Assembly (NCBI GenBank): GCA_964016885.1
Contig: OZ024742.1
Coordinates: forward strand, 282,286,001 to 282,350,000
DNA length: 64,000 nt
Direction of reading: 5' to 3'
Source: Eledone cirrhosa
Lineage: Eukaryota
Below, in pieces: positions 26,001 to 41,400 of this stretch (position 1 is the stretch's first letter; each line of letters begins with the position of its first letter). The notes below the pieces were generated by a model. That model had not been told where the DNA came from. It saw nothing but the letters and a program-made list of their open reading frames with translations, and did not search any database. Position numbers and translations under genes: made by a program.

Positions 26001-29000
26001 TTATTCTTGTTTTTGTTTTTTTTTTAATATTATATTTCCTTATTTTTCAATTTATTTTTAATTCTGCGGATTGTCATTTTTATCAGGGTTTTTTACTGTG
26101 TATTTTACTCTTGTTATTTTAGTTTTTGGGTTTTTTTTCTTATATTTCCGTCTCTTTCAATTTATTTTTAATTCTGCGGATTGTCATATTTATAAGGGTT
26201 TTTTACTGTTGTTCTTTACTCTTGTTATTTTAGTTTTTGGTGTTTTTTTTCTCATATTTCCTTTTTCACTTATTTTTAATTCTGCGGATTGTCATTTTTA
26301 TCAGGGTTTTTTACTGTGTATTTTATTCTTGTTATTTTAGTTTTTGGGTTTTTTTTCTTATATTTCCGTCTCTTTCAATTTATTTTTAATTCTGCGGATT
26401 GTCATATTTATAAGGGTTTTTTACTGTTGTTCTTTACTCTTGTTATTTTAGTTTTGGGGGGTTTTTTTCTCATATTTCCTTTTTCACTTATTTTTAATTC
26501 TGCGGATTGTCATTTTTATCAGGGTATTTTACAGTGTATTTTACTCTTGTTCTTTTATTTTTGTGTGGTTTATTTTCTTATGTTTCCTTCTTTTTCAATT
26601 CATTTTTAATTCTGTGGATTGTCATTTTTATCAGGGTATTTTACTGTGTATTTTACTCTTGTTATTTTAGTTTTTTTTTGTGGGGGGGGGTATATTTCGT
26701 TCTTTTTGAATTTATTTTTAATTCTGGAGATTGTCATTTTTTATCAGGGTATTTTACTGTGTATTTTACTCTTTATTTTATTTTTTTGTGGTTTTTTAAC
26801 TTATATTTCCTTCTATTTCAAATCATTTTTAATTCTGCGGATTGTTATCTTTATCAGGGTATTTTACAGTGTATTTTACTCTTGTTATTTTATTTTTGTG
26901 TGATTTATTTTCTTATGTTTCCTTCTTTTTCAATTCATTTTTAATTCTGTGGATTGTCATTTTTCTCAGGGTATTTTACTGTGTATTTTACGCTTGTTAT
27001 TTCAATTTTGGTTTTTTTTTCTTATATTTCCTTCTTTTTCAATTTATTTTTAATTCTGCGGATTGTCATTTTTATCAGGGTTTTTTTCGTGTGTATTTTA
27101 CTCTTGTTATTTTAGTTTTTGTTTTTTTTTTAATTTATATTTCTTTCTTTTTCAATTTATTTTTAATTGTGCGGATCGTCATTTTTATCAGGGTATTTTA
27201 CTGTGTATTTTACTCTTGTTATTTTAGTTTTGGGGTTTTTTTTCTTATATTTCCGTCTCTTTCAATTTATTTTTAATTCTGCGGATTGTCATTTTCATAA
27301 GGGTTTTTTACTGTTGTTCTTTACTCTTGTTATTTTAGTTTTTTGGGGTTTTTTTCCTCATATTTCCTTTTTCACTTATTTTTAATTCTGCGGATTGTCA
27401 TTTTTATCAGGGTATTTTACAGTGTATTTTACTCTTGTTATTTTATTTTTGTGTGGTTTATTTTCTTATGTTTCCTTCTTTTTCAATTCATTTTTAATTC
27501 TGTGGATTGTCATTTTTATCAGGGTATTTTACTGTGTATTTTACTCTTGTTATTTTAGTTTTTTTTTTGGGGGGGGGGAGGTTTATATTTCGTTCTTTTT
27601 CAATTTATTTTTAATTCTGCAGATTGTCATTTTTTATCAGGGTATTTTACAGTGTATTTTACTCTTTATTTTATTTTTTTGTGGTTTTTTAACTTATATT
27701 TCCTTCTATTTCAATTCATTTTTAATTCTGCGGATTGTTATTTTTGTCAGTGTATTTTACTGTGTATTTTACGCTTGTTATTTCAATTTTGGGGTTTTTT
27801 TTACTTATATTTCCTTCTTTTTCAATTTATTTTTAAATCTGCGGATTGTCATTTTTATCAGGGTTTTTTAGTGTGTATTTTACTCTTGTTATTTTAGTTA
27901 TTGTTTTTTTTTAAATTTATATTTCTTTCTTTTTCAATTTATTTTTAATTGTGCGGATTGTCATTTTTATCAGGGTATTTTACTGTGTATTTTACTCTTG
28001 TTATTTTAGTTTTGGGGTGTTTTTTCTTATATTTCCGTCTCTTTCAATTAATTTTTTATTCTGCAGATTGTCACTTTTATCAGGGTTTTTTACTGTTGTA
28101 CTTTACTTTTGTTATTTTAGTTTTTTTGGGTTTTTTTTCTCATATTTCCTTCTTTTTCAATGTATTTTAAAATTTGCGGATTGTCATTTTTATCAGGGTA
28201 TTTTACTGTGTATTTTACTCTTGTTATTTTATTTTTGTGTGGTTTATTTTCTTATATTTCCTTCTTATTCAATTTATTTTCGATTCTGCGGATTAGCATT
28301 TTTATCAGGGTTTTTTACTGTTGTACTTTACTCTTGTTATTTTAATTTTGGCGTTGTTTTTTTCTTATATTTCCTTTATTTTAAAATTTATTGAGAATTC
28401 TGCGGATTGTCATTTTTATCAGGGTATTTTACTATGTATTTTACTCTTGTTATTTTAGGTTTTGGGGTTTTTTTTCTTATATTTCCTTCTTTATCAATTA
28501 TTTTTAATTCTGCGGATTGTACTTTTCATCAGGGTATTTTGCTGTGTATTTTACTGTTGTTATTTTAATTTTGGGGTTTTTTTCTTTTATTTCCTTCTTT
28601 TTCAATTTATTTTTAATTTTGCGGATTATCATTTTTATCAGGGGTTTTTACTGAGTATCTTACTCTTGTTATTCTTGTTTTTGTTTTTTTTTTAATATTA
28701 TATTTCCTTATTTTTCAATTTATTTTTAATTCTGCGGATTGTCATTTTTATCAGGGTTTTTTACTGTGTATTTTACTCTTGTTATTTTAGTTTTTGGGTT
28801 TTTTTTCTTATATTTCCGTCTCTTTCAATTTATTTTTAATTCTGCGGATTGTCATATTTATAAGGGTTTTTTATTGTTGTTCTTTACTCTTGTTATTTTA
28901 GTTTTTGGTGTTTTTTTTCTCATATTTCCTTTTTCACTTATTTTTAATTCTGCGGATTGTCATTTTTATCAGGGTATTTTACAGTGTATTTTACTCTTGT

Positions 29001-32000
29001 TCTTTTATTTTTGTGTGGTTTATTTTCTTATGTTTCCTTCTTTTTCAATTCATTTTTAATTCTGTGGATTGTCATTATTATCAGGGTATTTTACTGTGTA
29101 TTTTACTCTTGTTATTTTAGTTGTTTTTTTTTGGGGGGGGGGTTATATTTCGTTCTTTTTGAATTTATTTTTAATTCTGGAGATTGTCATTTTTTATCAG
29201 GGTATTTTACTGTGTATTTTACTCTTTATTTTATTTTTTTGTGGTTTTTTAACTTATATTTCCTTCTATTTCAAATCATTTTTAATTCTGCGGATTGTTA
29301 TCTTTATCAGGCTATTTTACAGTGTATTTTACTCTTGTTATTTTATTTTTGTGTGATTTATTTTCTTATGTTTCCTTCTTTTTCATTCTATTTTTAATTC
29401 TGCGGATTCTCATTTTAATAAGGGTTTTTTACTGTGTATTTTACTCTTGTTATTTTACTTTTGGGGCTTTTTTCTCATATTTCCCTCTTTTTCAATTTAT
29501 TTTTAATTCTGCGGATTGTCATTTTTATCAGGGTATTTTATTCTGTACTTTACGCTTTTTGTTTTAATTTTTGGGTTTTTTCCCTTATATTTCCTTCATT
29601 TTCAATTTATTTTTAATTCTGCATATTGTCATTTTTATCAGAGTATTTTAGGGTGTATTTTAAGCTTGTTATTTTAATTTTAGGGGTTTTTTCCTCATAT
29701 TTCCTTCTTTTTCAATTTATTTTTAATTCTGCGTATTGTCATTTTTATCAGGGTTTTTTTACTGTGTATTTTACGCTTGTTATTTTAATTTTAGGGTTGT
29801 TTTTTTCTTATATTTCCTTTATTTTAAAATTTATTGAGAATTCTGCGGATTGTCATTTTTATCAGGGTATTTTACTATGTATTTTACTCTTGTTATTTTA
29901 GGTTTTGGGGTTTTTTTTCTTATATTTCCTTCTTTATCAATTATTTTTAATTCTGCGGATTGTACTTTTCATCAGGGTATTTTGCTGTGTATTTTACTGT
30001 TGTTATTTTAATTTTGGGGTTTTTTTCTTTTATTTCCTTCTTTTTCAATTTATTTTTAATTTTGCGGATTATCATTTTTATCAGGGTTTTTTACTGAGTA
30101 TCTTACTCTTGTTATTCTTGTTTTTTTTTTTTTTTTAATATTATATTTCCTTATTTTTCAATTTATTTTTAATTCTGCGGATTGTCATTTTTATCAGGGT
30201 TTTTTACTGTGTATTTTATTCTTGTTATTTTAGTTTTTGGGTTTTTTTTCTTATATTTCCGTCTCTTTCAATTTATTTTTAATTCTGCGGATTGTCATAT
30301 TTATAAGGGTTTTTTACTGTTGTTCTTTACTCTTGTTATTTTAGTTTTGGGGGGTTTTTTTCTCATATTTCCTTTTTCACTTATTTTTAATTCTGCGGAT
30401 TGTCATTTTTATCAGGGTATTTTACAGTGTATTTTACTCTTGTTCTTTTATTTTTGTGTGGTTTATTTTCTTATGTTTCCTTCTTTTTCAATTCATTTTT
30501 AATTCTGTGGATTGTCATTTTTATCAGGGTATTTTACTGTGTATTTTACTCTTGTTATTTTAGTTTTTTTTTGGGGGGGGGGTTTATTTCGTTCTTTTTG
30601 AATTTATTTTTAATTCTGGAGATTGTCATTTTTCATCAGGGTATTTTACTGTGTATTTTACTCTTTATTTTATTTTTTTGTGGTTTTTTAACTTATATTT
30701 CCTTCTATTTCAAATCATTTTTAATTCTGCGGATTGTTATCTTTATCAGGGTATTTTACAGTGTATTTTACTCTTGTTATTTTATTTTTGTGTGATTTAT
30801 TTTCTTATGTTTCCTTCTTTTTCAATTCATTTTTAATTCTGTGGATTGTCATTTTTCTCAGGGTATTTTACTGTGTATTTTACGCTTGTTATTTCAATTT
30901 TGGTTTTTTTCTTCTTATATTTCCTTCTTTTTCAATTTATTTTTAATTCTGCGGATTGTCATTTTTATCAGGGTTTTTTTCGTGTGTATTTTACTCTTGT
31001 TATTTTAGTTTTTGTTTTTTTTTTAATTTATATTTCTTTCTTTTTCAATTTATTTTTAATTGTGCGGATTGTCATTTTTATCAGGGTATTTTACTGTGTA
31101 TTTTACTCTTGTTATTTTAGTTTTGGGGGTTTTTTTCTTATATTTCCGTCTCTTTCAATTTATTTTTAATTCTGCGGATTGTCATTTTCATAAGGGTTTT
31201 TTACTGTTGTTCTTTACTCTTGTTATTTTAGTTTTTTGGGGTTTTTTTTCTCATATTTCCTTTTTCACTTATTTTTAATTCTGCGGATTGTCATTTTTAT
31301 CAGGGTATTTTACAGTGTATTTTACTCTTGTTATTTTATTTTTGTGTGGTTTATTTTCTTATGTTTCCTTCTTTTTCAATTCATTTTTAATTCTGTGGAT
31401 TGTCATTTTTATCAGGGTATTTTACTGTGTATTTTACTCTTGTTATTTTAGTTTTTTATTTTTTTGGGGGGGGGTTTATATTTCGTTCTTTTTCAATTTA
31501 TTTTTAATTCTGCAGATTGTCATTTTTTATCAGGGTATTTTAGAGTGTATTTTACTCTTTATTTTATTTTTTTGTGGTTTTTTAACTTATATTTCCTTCT
31601 ATTTCAATTCATTTTTAATTCTGCGGATTGTTATTTTTGTCAGTGTATTTTACTGTGTATTTTACGCTTGTTATTTCAATTTTGGGGTTTTTTTTACTTA
31701 TATTTCCTTCTTTTTCAATTTATTTTTAAATCTGCGGATTGTCATTTTTATCAGGGTTTTTTAGTGTGTATTTTACTCTTGTTATTTTAGTTTTTGTTTT
31801 TTTTTTAATTTATATTTCTTTCTTTTTCAATTTATTTTTAATTCTGCGGATTGTCATATTTATAAGGGTTTTTTACTGTTGTTCTTTACTCTTGTTATTT
31901 TAGTTTTTGGTGTTTTTTTTCTCATATTTCCTTTTTCACTTATTTTTAATTCTGCGGATTGTCATTTTTATCAGGGTTTTTTACTGTGTATTTTATTCTT

Positions 32001-35000
32001 GTTATTTTAGTTTTTGGGTTTTTTTTCTTATATTTCCGTCTCTTTCAATTTATTTTTAATTCTGCGGATTGTCATATTTATAAGGGTTTTTTACTGTTGT
32101 TCTTTACTCTTGTTATTTTAGTTTTGGGGGGTTTTTTTCTCATATTTCCTTTTTCACTTATTTTTAATTCTGCGGATTGTCATTTTTATCAGGGTATTTT
32201 ACAGTGTATTTTACTCTTGTTCTTTTATTTTTGTGTGGTTTATTTTCTTATGTTTCCTTCTTTTTCAATTCATTTTTAATTCTGTGGATTGTCATTTTTA
32301 TCAGGGTATTTTACTGTGTATTTTACTCTTGTTATTTTAGTTTTTTTTGTGGGGGGGGGGGTATATTTCGTTCATTTTGAATTTATTTTTAATTCTGGAG
32401 ATTGTCATTTTTTATCAGGGTATTTTACTGTGTATTTTACTCTTTATTTTATTTTTTTGTGGTTTTTTAACTTATATTTCCTTCTATTTCAAATCATTTT
32501 TAATTCTGCGGATTGTTATCTTTATCAGGGTATTTTACAGTGTATTTTACTCTTGTTATTTTATTTTTGTGTGATTTATTTTCTTATGTTTCCTTCTTTT
32601 TCAATTCATTTTTAATTCTGTGGATTGTCATTTTTCTCAGGGTATTTTACTGTGTATTTTACGCTTGTTATTTCAATTTTGGTTTTTTTTTCTTATATTT
32701 CCTTCTTTTTCAATTTATTTTTAATTCTGCGGATTGTCATTTTTATCAGGGTTTTTTTCGTGTGTATTTTACTCTTGTTATTTTAGTTTTTGTTTTTTTT
32801 TTAATTTATATTTCTTTCTTTTTCAATTTATTTTTAATTGTGCGGATTGTCATTTTTATCAGGGTATTTTACTGTGTATTTTACTCTTGTTATTTTAGTT
32901 TTGGGGTTTTTTTTCTTATATTTCCGTCTCTTTCAATTTATTTTTAATTCTGCGGATTGTCATTTTCATAAGGGTTTTTTACTGTTGTTCTTTACTCTTG
33001 TTATTTTAGTTTTTTGGGGTTTTTTCCTCATATTTCCTTTTTCACTTATTTTTAATTCTGCGGATTGTCATTTTTATCAGGGTATTTTACAGTGTATTTT
33101 ACTCTTGTTATTTTATTTTTGTGTGGTTTATTTTCTTATGTTTCCTTCTTTTTCAATTCATTTTTAATTCTGTGGATTGTCATTTTTATCAGGGTATTTT
33201 ACTGTGTATTTTACTCTTGTTATTTTAGTTTTTTTTTTGGGGGGGGGGGGTTATATTTCGTTCTTTTTCAATTTATTTTTAATTCTGCAGATTGTCATTT
33301 TTTATCAGGGTATTTTACAGTGTATTTTACTCTTTATTTTATTTTTTTGTGGTTTTTTAACTTATATTTCCTTCTATTTCAATTCATTTTTAATTCTGCG
33401 GATTGTTATTTTTGTCAGTGTATTTTACTGTGTATTTTACGCTTGTTATTTCAATTTTGGGGGTTTTTTTACTTATATTTCCTTCTTTTTCAATTTATTT
33501 TTAAATCTGCGGATTGTCATTTTTATCAGGGTTTTTTAGTGTGTATTTTACTCTTGTTATTTTAGTTATTCTTTTTTTTTAAATTTATATTTCTTTCTTT
33601 TTCAATTTATTTTTAATTGTGCGGATTGTCATTTTTATCAGGGTATTTTACTGTGTATTTTACTCTTGTTATTTTAGTTTTGGGGTGTTTTTTCTTATAT
33701 TTCCGTCTCTTTCAATTAATTTTTTATTCTGCAGATTGTCACTTTTATCAGGGTTTTTTACTGTTGTACTTTACTTTTGTTATTTTAGTTTTTTGGGGGT
33801 TTTTTTCTCATATTTCCTTCTTTTTCAATGTATTTTAAAATTTGCGGATTGTCATTTTTATCAGGGTATTTTACTGTGTATTTTACTCTTGTTATTTTAT
33901 TTTTGTGTGGTTTATTTTCTTATATTTCCTTCTTATTCAATTTATTTTCGATTCTGCGGATTAGCATTTTTATCAGGGTTTTTTACTGTTGTACTTTACT
34001 CTTGTTATTTTAATTTTGGCGTTGTTTTTTTCTTATATTTCCTTTATTTTAAAATTTATTGAGAATTCTGCGGATTGTCATTTTTATCAGGGTATTTTAC
34101 TATGTATTTTACTCTTGTTATTTTAGGTTTTGGGGTTTTTTATCTTATATTTCCTTCTTTATCAATTATTTTTAATTCTGCGGATTGTACTTTTCATCAG
34201 GGTATTTTGCTGTGTATTTTACTGTTGTTATTTTAATTTTGGGGTTTTTTTCTTTTATTTCCTTCTTTTTCAATTTATTTTTAATTTTGCGGATTATCAT
34301 TTTTATCAGGGGTTTTTACTGAGTATCTTACTCTTGTTATTCTTGTTTTTGTTTATTTTTTAATATTATATTTCCTTATTTTTCAATTTATTTTTAATTC
34401 TGCGGATTGTCATTTTTATCAGGGTTTTTTACTGTGTATTTTACTCTTGTTATTTTAGTTTTTGGGTTTTTTTTCTTATATTTCCGTCTCTTTCAATTTA
34501 TTTTTAATTCTGCGGATTGTCATATTTATAAGGGTTTTTTACTGTTGTTCTTTACTCTTGTTATTTTAGTTTTTGGTGTTTTTTTTCTCATATTTCCTTT
34601 TTCACTTATTTTTAATTCTGCGGATTGTCATTTTTATCAGGGTATTTTACAGTGTATTTTACTCTTGTTCTTTTATTTTTGTGTGGTTTATTTTCTTATG
34701 TTTCCTTCTTTTTCAATTCATTTTTAATTCTGTGGATTGTCATTATTATCAGGGTATTTTACTGTGTATTTTACTCTTGTTATTTTAGTTGTTTTTTTTT
34801 GGGGGGGGGGGGGTTATATTTCGTTCTTTTTGAATTTATTTTTAATTCTGGAGATTGTCATTTTTTATCAGGGTATTTTACTGTGTATTTTACTCTTTAT
34901 TTTATTTTTTTGTGGTTTTTTAACTTATATTTCCTTCTATTTCAAATCATTTTTAATTCTGCGGATTGTTATCTTTATCAGGGTATTTTACAGTGTATTT

Positions 35001-38000
35001 TACTCTTGTTATTTTATTTTTGTGTGATTTATTTTCTTATGTTTCCTTCTTTTTCAATTCATTTTTAATTCTGTGGATTGTCATTTTTCTCAGGGTATTT
35101 TACTGTGTATTTTACGCTTGTTATTTCAATTTTGGTTTTTTTTTCTTATATTTCCTTCTTTTTCAATTTATTTTTAATTCTGCGGATTGTCATTTTTATC
35201 AGGGTTTTTTTCGTGTGTATTTTACTCTTGTTATTTTAGTTTTTGTTTTTTTTTTAATTTATATTTCTTTCTTTTTCAATTTATTTTTAATTGTGCGGAT
35301 TGTCATTTTTATCAGGGTATTTTACTGTGTATTTTACTCTTGTTATTTTAGTTTTGGGGGTTTTTTTCTTATATTTCCGTCTCTTTCAATTTATTTTTAA
35401 TTCTGCGGATTGTCATTTTCATAAGGGTTTTTTACTGTTGTTCTTTACTCTTGTTATTTTAGTTTTTTGGGGTTTTTTTTCTCATATTTCCTTTTTCACT
35501 TATTTTTAATTCTGCGGATTGTCATTTTTATCAGGGTATTTTACAGTGTATTTTACTCTTGTTATTTTATTTTTGTGTGGTTTATTTTCTTATGTTTCCT
35601 TCTTTTTCAATTCATTTTTAATTCTGTGGATTGTCATTTTTATCAGGGTATTTTACTGTGTATTTTACTCTTGTTATTTTAGTTTTTTTTTTTTTGGGGG
35701 GGGGGGGTTTATATTTCGTTCTTTTTCAATTTATTTTTAATTCTGCAGATTGTCATTTTTTATCAGGGTATTTTACAGTGTATTTTACTCTTTATTTTAT
35801 TTTTTTGTGGTTTTTTAACTTATATTTCCTTCTATTTCAATTCATTTTTAATTCTGCGGATTGTTATTTTTGTCAGTGTATTTTACTGTGTATTTTACGC
35901 TTGTTATTTCAATTTTGGGGTTTTTTTTACTTATATTTCCTTCTTTTTCAATTTATTTTTAAATCTGCGGATTGTCATTTTTATCAGGGTTTTTTAGTGT
36001 GTATTTTACTCTTGTTATTTTAGTTATTGTTTTTTTTTAAATTTATATTTCTTTCTTTTTCAATTTATTTTTAATTGTGCGGATTGTCATTTTTATCAGG
36101 GTATTTTACTGTGTATTTTACTCTTGTTATTTTAGTTTTGGGGTGTTTTTTCTTATATTTCCGTCTCTTTCAATTAATTTTTTATTCTGCAGATTGTCAC
36201 TTTTATCAGGGTTTTTTACTGTTGTACTTTACTTTTGTTATTTTAGTTTTTTGGGGTTTTTTTTCTCATATTTCCTTCTTTTTCAATTTATTTTAAAATT
36301 TGCGGTTTGTCATTTTTATCAGGGTATTTTACTGTGTATTTTACTCTTGTTATTTTATTTTTGTGTGGTTTATTTTCTTATATTTCCTTCTTATTCAATT
36401 TATTTTCGATTCTGCGGATTAGCATTTTTATCAGGGTTTTTTACTGTTGTACTTTACTCTTGTTATTTTAATTTTGGGGTTGTTTTTTTCTTATATTTCC
36501 TTTATTTTAAAATTTATTGAGAATTCTGCGGATTGTCATTTTTATCAGGGTATTTTACTATGTATTTTACTCTTGTTATTTTAGGTTTTGGGGTTTTTTT
36601 TCTTATATTTCCTTCTTTATCAATTATTTTTAATTCTGCGGATTGTACTTTTCATCAGGGTATTTTGCTGTGTATTTTACTGTTGTTATTTTAATTTTGG
36701 GGTTTTTTTCTTTTATTTCCTTCTTTTTCAATTTATTTTTAATTTTGCGGATTATCATTTTTATCAGGGTTTTTTACTGAGTATCTTACTCTTGTTATTC
36801 TTGTTTTTGTTTTTTTTTAATATTATATTTCCTTATTTTTCAATTTATTTTTAATTCTGCGGATTGTCATTTTTATCAGGGTTTTTTACTGTGTATTTTA
36901 CTCTTGTTATTTTAGTTTTTGGGTTTTTTTTCTTATATTTCCGTCTCTTTCAATTTATTTTTAATTCTGCGGATTGTCATATTTATAAGGGTTTTTTACT
37001 GTTGTTCTTTACTCTTGTTATTTTAGTTTTTGGTGTTTTTTTTCTCATATTTCCTTTTTCACTTATTTTTAATTCTGCGGATTGTCATTTTTATCAGGGT
37101 TTTTTACTGTGTATTTTATTCTTGTTATTTTAGTTTTTGGGTTTTTTTTCTTATATTTCCGTCTCTTTCAATTTATTTTTAATTCTGCGGATTGTCATAT
37201 TTATAAGGGTTTTTTACTGTTGTTCTTTACTCTTGTTATTTTAGTTTTGGGGGTTTTTTTTCTCATATTTCCTTTTTCACTTATTTTTAATTCTGCGGAT
37301 TGTCATTTTTATCAGGGTATTTTACAGTGTATTTTACTCTTGTTCTTTTATTTTTGTGTGGTTTATTTTCTTATGTTTCCTTCTTTTTCAATTCATTTTT
37401 AATTCTGTGGATTGTCATTTTTATCAGGGTATTTTACTGTGTATTTTACTCTTGTTATTTTAGTTTTTTTTGTGGGGGGGGGGGTATATTTCGTTCTTTT
37501 TGAATTTATTTTTAATTCTGGAGATTGTCATTTTTTATCAGGGTATTTTACTGTGTATTTTACTCTTTATTTTATTTTTTTGTGGTTTTTTAACTTATAT
37601 TTCCTTCTATTTCAAATCATTTTTAATTCTGCGGATTGTTATCTTTATCAGGGTATTTTACAGTGTATTTTACTCTTGTTATTTTATTTTTGTGTGATTT
37701 ATTTTCTTATGTTTCCTTCTTTTTCAATTCATTTTTAATTCTGTGGATCGTCATTTTTCTCAGGGTATTTTACTGTGTATTTTACGCTTGTTATTTCAAT
37801 TTTGGTTTTTTTTTCTTATATTTCCTTCTTTTTCAATTTATTTTTAATTCTGCGGATTGTCATTTTTATCAGGGTTTTTTTCGTGTGTATTTTACTCTTG
37901 TTATTTTAGTTTTTGTTTTTTTTTTAATTTATATTTCTTTCTTTTTCAATTTATTTTTAATTGTGCGGATTGTCATTTTTATCAGGGTATTTTACTGTGT

Positions 38001-41000
38001 ATTTTACTCTTGTTATTTTAGTTTTGGGGTTTTTTTTCTTATATTTCCGTCTCTTTCAATTTATTTTTAATTCTGCGGATTGTCATTTTCATAAGGGTTT
38101 TTTACTGTTGTTCTTTACTCTTGTTATTTTAGTTTTTTGGGGTTTTTTTCCTCATATTTCCTTTTTCACTTATTTTTAATTCTGCGGATTGTCATTTTTA
38201 TCAGGGTATTTTACAGTGTATTTTACTCTTGTTATTTTATTTTTGTGTGGTTTATTTTCTTATGTTTCCTTCTTTTTCAATTCATTTTTAATTCTGTGGA
38301 TTGTCATTTTTATCAGGGTATTTTACTGTGTATTTTACTCTTGTTATTTTAGTTTTTTTTTGGGGGGGGGGGAGGTTTATATTTCGTTCTTTTTCAATTT
38401 ATTTTTAATTCTGCAGATTGTCATTTTTTATCAGGGTATTTTACAGTGTATTTTACTCTTTATTTTATTTTTTTGTGGTTTTTTAACTTATATTTCCTTC
38501 TATTTCAATTCATTTTTAATTCTGCGGATTGTTATTTTTGTCAGTGTATTTTACTGTGTATTTTACGCTTGTTATTTCAATATTGGGGTTTTTTTTACTT
38601 ATATTTCCTTCTTTTTCAATTTATTTTTAAATCTGCGGATTGTCATTTTTATCAGGGTTTTTTAGTGTGTATTTTACTCTTGTTATTTTAGTTATTGTTT
38701 TTTTTTAAATTTATATTTCTTTCTTTTTCAATTTATTTTTAATTGTGCGGATTGTCATTTTTATCAGGGTATTTTACTGTGTATTTTACTCTTGTTATTT
38801 TAGTTTTGGGGTGTCTTTTCTTATATTTCCGTCTCTTTCAATTAATTTTTTATTCTGCAGATTGTCACTTTTATCAGGGTTTTTTACTGTTGTACTTTAC
38901 TTTTGTTATTTTAGTTTTTTGGGGTTTTTTTTCTCATATTTCCTTCTTTTTCAATGTATTTTAAAATTTGCGGATTGTCATTTTTATCAGGGTATTTTAC
39001 TGTGTATTTTACTCTTGTTATTTTATTTTTGTGTGGTTTATTTTCTTATATTTCCTTCTTATTCAATTTATTTTCGATTCTGCGGATTAGCATTTTTATC
39101 AGGGTTTTTTACTGTTGTACTTTACTCTTGTTATTTTAATTTTGGGGTTGTTTTTTTCTTATATTTCCTTTATTTTAAAATTTATTGAGAATTCTGCGGA
39201 TTGTCATTTTTATCAGGGTATTTTACTATGTATTTTACTCTTGTTATTTTAGGTTTTGGGGTTTTTTTTCTTATATTTCCTTCTTTATCAATTATTTTTA
39301 ATTCTGCGGATTGTACTTTTCATCAGGGTATTTTGCTGTGTATTTTACTGTTGTTATTTTAATTTTGGGGTTTTTTTCTTTTATTTCCTTCTTTTTCAAT
39401 TTATTTTTAATTTTGCGGATTATCATTTTTATCAGGGTTTTTTACTGAGTATCTTACTCTTGTTATTCTTGTTTTTGTTTTTTTTTTAATATTATATTTC
39501 CTTATTTTTCAATTTATTTTTAATTCTGCGGATTGTCATTTTTATCAGGGTTTTTTACTGTGTATTTTACTCTTGTTATTTTAGTTTTGGGGTTTTTTTT
39601 CTTATATTTCCGTCTCTTTCAATTTATTTTTAATTCTGCGGATTGTCATATTTATAAGGGTTTTTTACTGTTGTTCTTTACTCTTGTTATTTTAGTTTTT
39701 GGTGTTTTTTTTCTCATATTTCCTTTTTCACTTATTTTTAATTCTGCGGATTGTCATTTTTATCAGGGTATTTTACAGTGTATTTTACTCTTGTTCTTTT
39801 ATTTTTGTGTGGTTTATTTTCTTATGTTTCCTTCTTTTTCAATTCATTTTTAATTCTGTGGATTGTCATTATTATCAGGGTATTTTACTGTGTATTTTAC
39901 TCTTGTTATTTTAGTTGTTTTTTTTTGGGGGGGGGGTTATATTTCGTTCTTTTTGAATTTATTTTTAATTCTGGAGATTGTCATTTTTTATCAGGGTATT
40001 TTACTGTGTATTTTACTCTTTATTTTATTTTTTTGTGGTTTTTTAACTTATATTTCCTTCTATTTCAAATCATTTTTAATTCTGCGGATTGTTATCTTTA
40101 TCAGGCTATTTTACAGTGTATTTTACTCTTGTTATTTTATTTTTGTGTGATTTATTTTCTTATGTTTCCTTCTTTTTCAATTCATTTTTAATTCTGTGGA
40201 TTGTCATTTTTCTCAGGGTATTTTACTGTGTATTTTACGCTTGTTATTTCAATTTTGGTTTTTTTTTCTTATATTTCCTTCTTTTTCAATTTATTTTTAA
40301 TTCTGCGGATTGTCATATTTTTCAGGGTTTTTTAGTGTGTATTTTACTCTTGTTATTTTAGTTTTTGTTTTTTTTTTAATTTATATTTCTTTCTTTTTCA
40401 ATTTATTTTTAATTGTGCGGATTGTCATTTTTATCAGGGTATTTTACTGTGTATTTTACTCTTGTTATTTTAGTTTTTGGGGTTTTTTTCTTATATTTCC
40501 GTCTCTTTCAATTTATTTTTAATTCTGCGGATTGTCATTTTCATAAGGGTTTTTTACTGTTGTTCTTTACTCTTGTTATTTTAGTTTTTTGGGGGTTTTT
40601 TTCTCATATTTCCTTTTTCACTTATTTTTAATTCTGCGGATTGTCATTTTTATCAGGGTATTTTACAGTGTATTTTACTCTTGTTATTTTATTTTTGTGT
40701 GGTTTATTTTCTTATGTTTCCTTCTTTTTCAATTCATTTTTAATTCTGTGGATTGTCATTTTTATCAGGGTATTTTACTGTGTATTTTACTCTTGTTATT
40801 TTAGTTTTTTTTTTGGGGGGGGGTTATATTTCGTTCTTTTTCAATTTATTTTTAATTCTGCAGATTGTCATTTTTTATCAGGGTATTTTACAGTGTATTT
40901 TACTCTTTATTTTATTTTTGTGTGGTTTTTTAACTTATATTTCCTTCTATTTCAATTCATTTTTAATTCTGCGGATTGTTATTTTTGTCAGTGTATTTTA

Positions 41001-41400
41001 CTGTGTATTTTACGCTTGTTATTTCAATTTTGGGGGTTTTTTTACTTACATTTCCTTCTTTTTCAATTTATTTTTAAATCTGCGGATTGTCATTTTTATC
41101 AGGGTTTTTTACTGTTGTACTTTACTTTTGTTATTTTAGTTTTTTGGGGTTTTTTTTCTCATATTTCCTTCTTTTTCAATTTATTTTAAAATTTGCGGAT
41201 TGTCATTTTTATCAGGGTATTTTACTGTGTATTTTACTCTTGTTATTTTATTTTTGTGTGGTTTATTTTCTTATATTTCCTTCTTATTCAATTTATTTTC
41301 GATTCTGCGGATTAGCATTTTTATCAGGGTTTTTTACTGTTGTACTTTACTCTTGTTATTTTAGTTTTTGGGGGTTTTTTTTTCATATTTCCTTCTTTTT
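23100..41400. repeat. Higher-order repeat domain, ~2.45/2.67-kb units (~22/24 monomers)
   Basis: A marker ORF (MLSLSGYFTV...CDLFSYV) recurs at 24174, 26842, 29295, 30734, 32513, 34966, 37636 and 40089. Confidence 0.9.
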
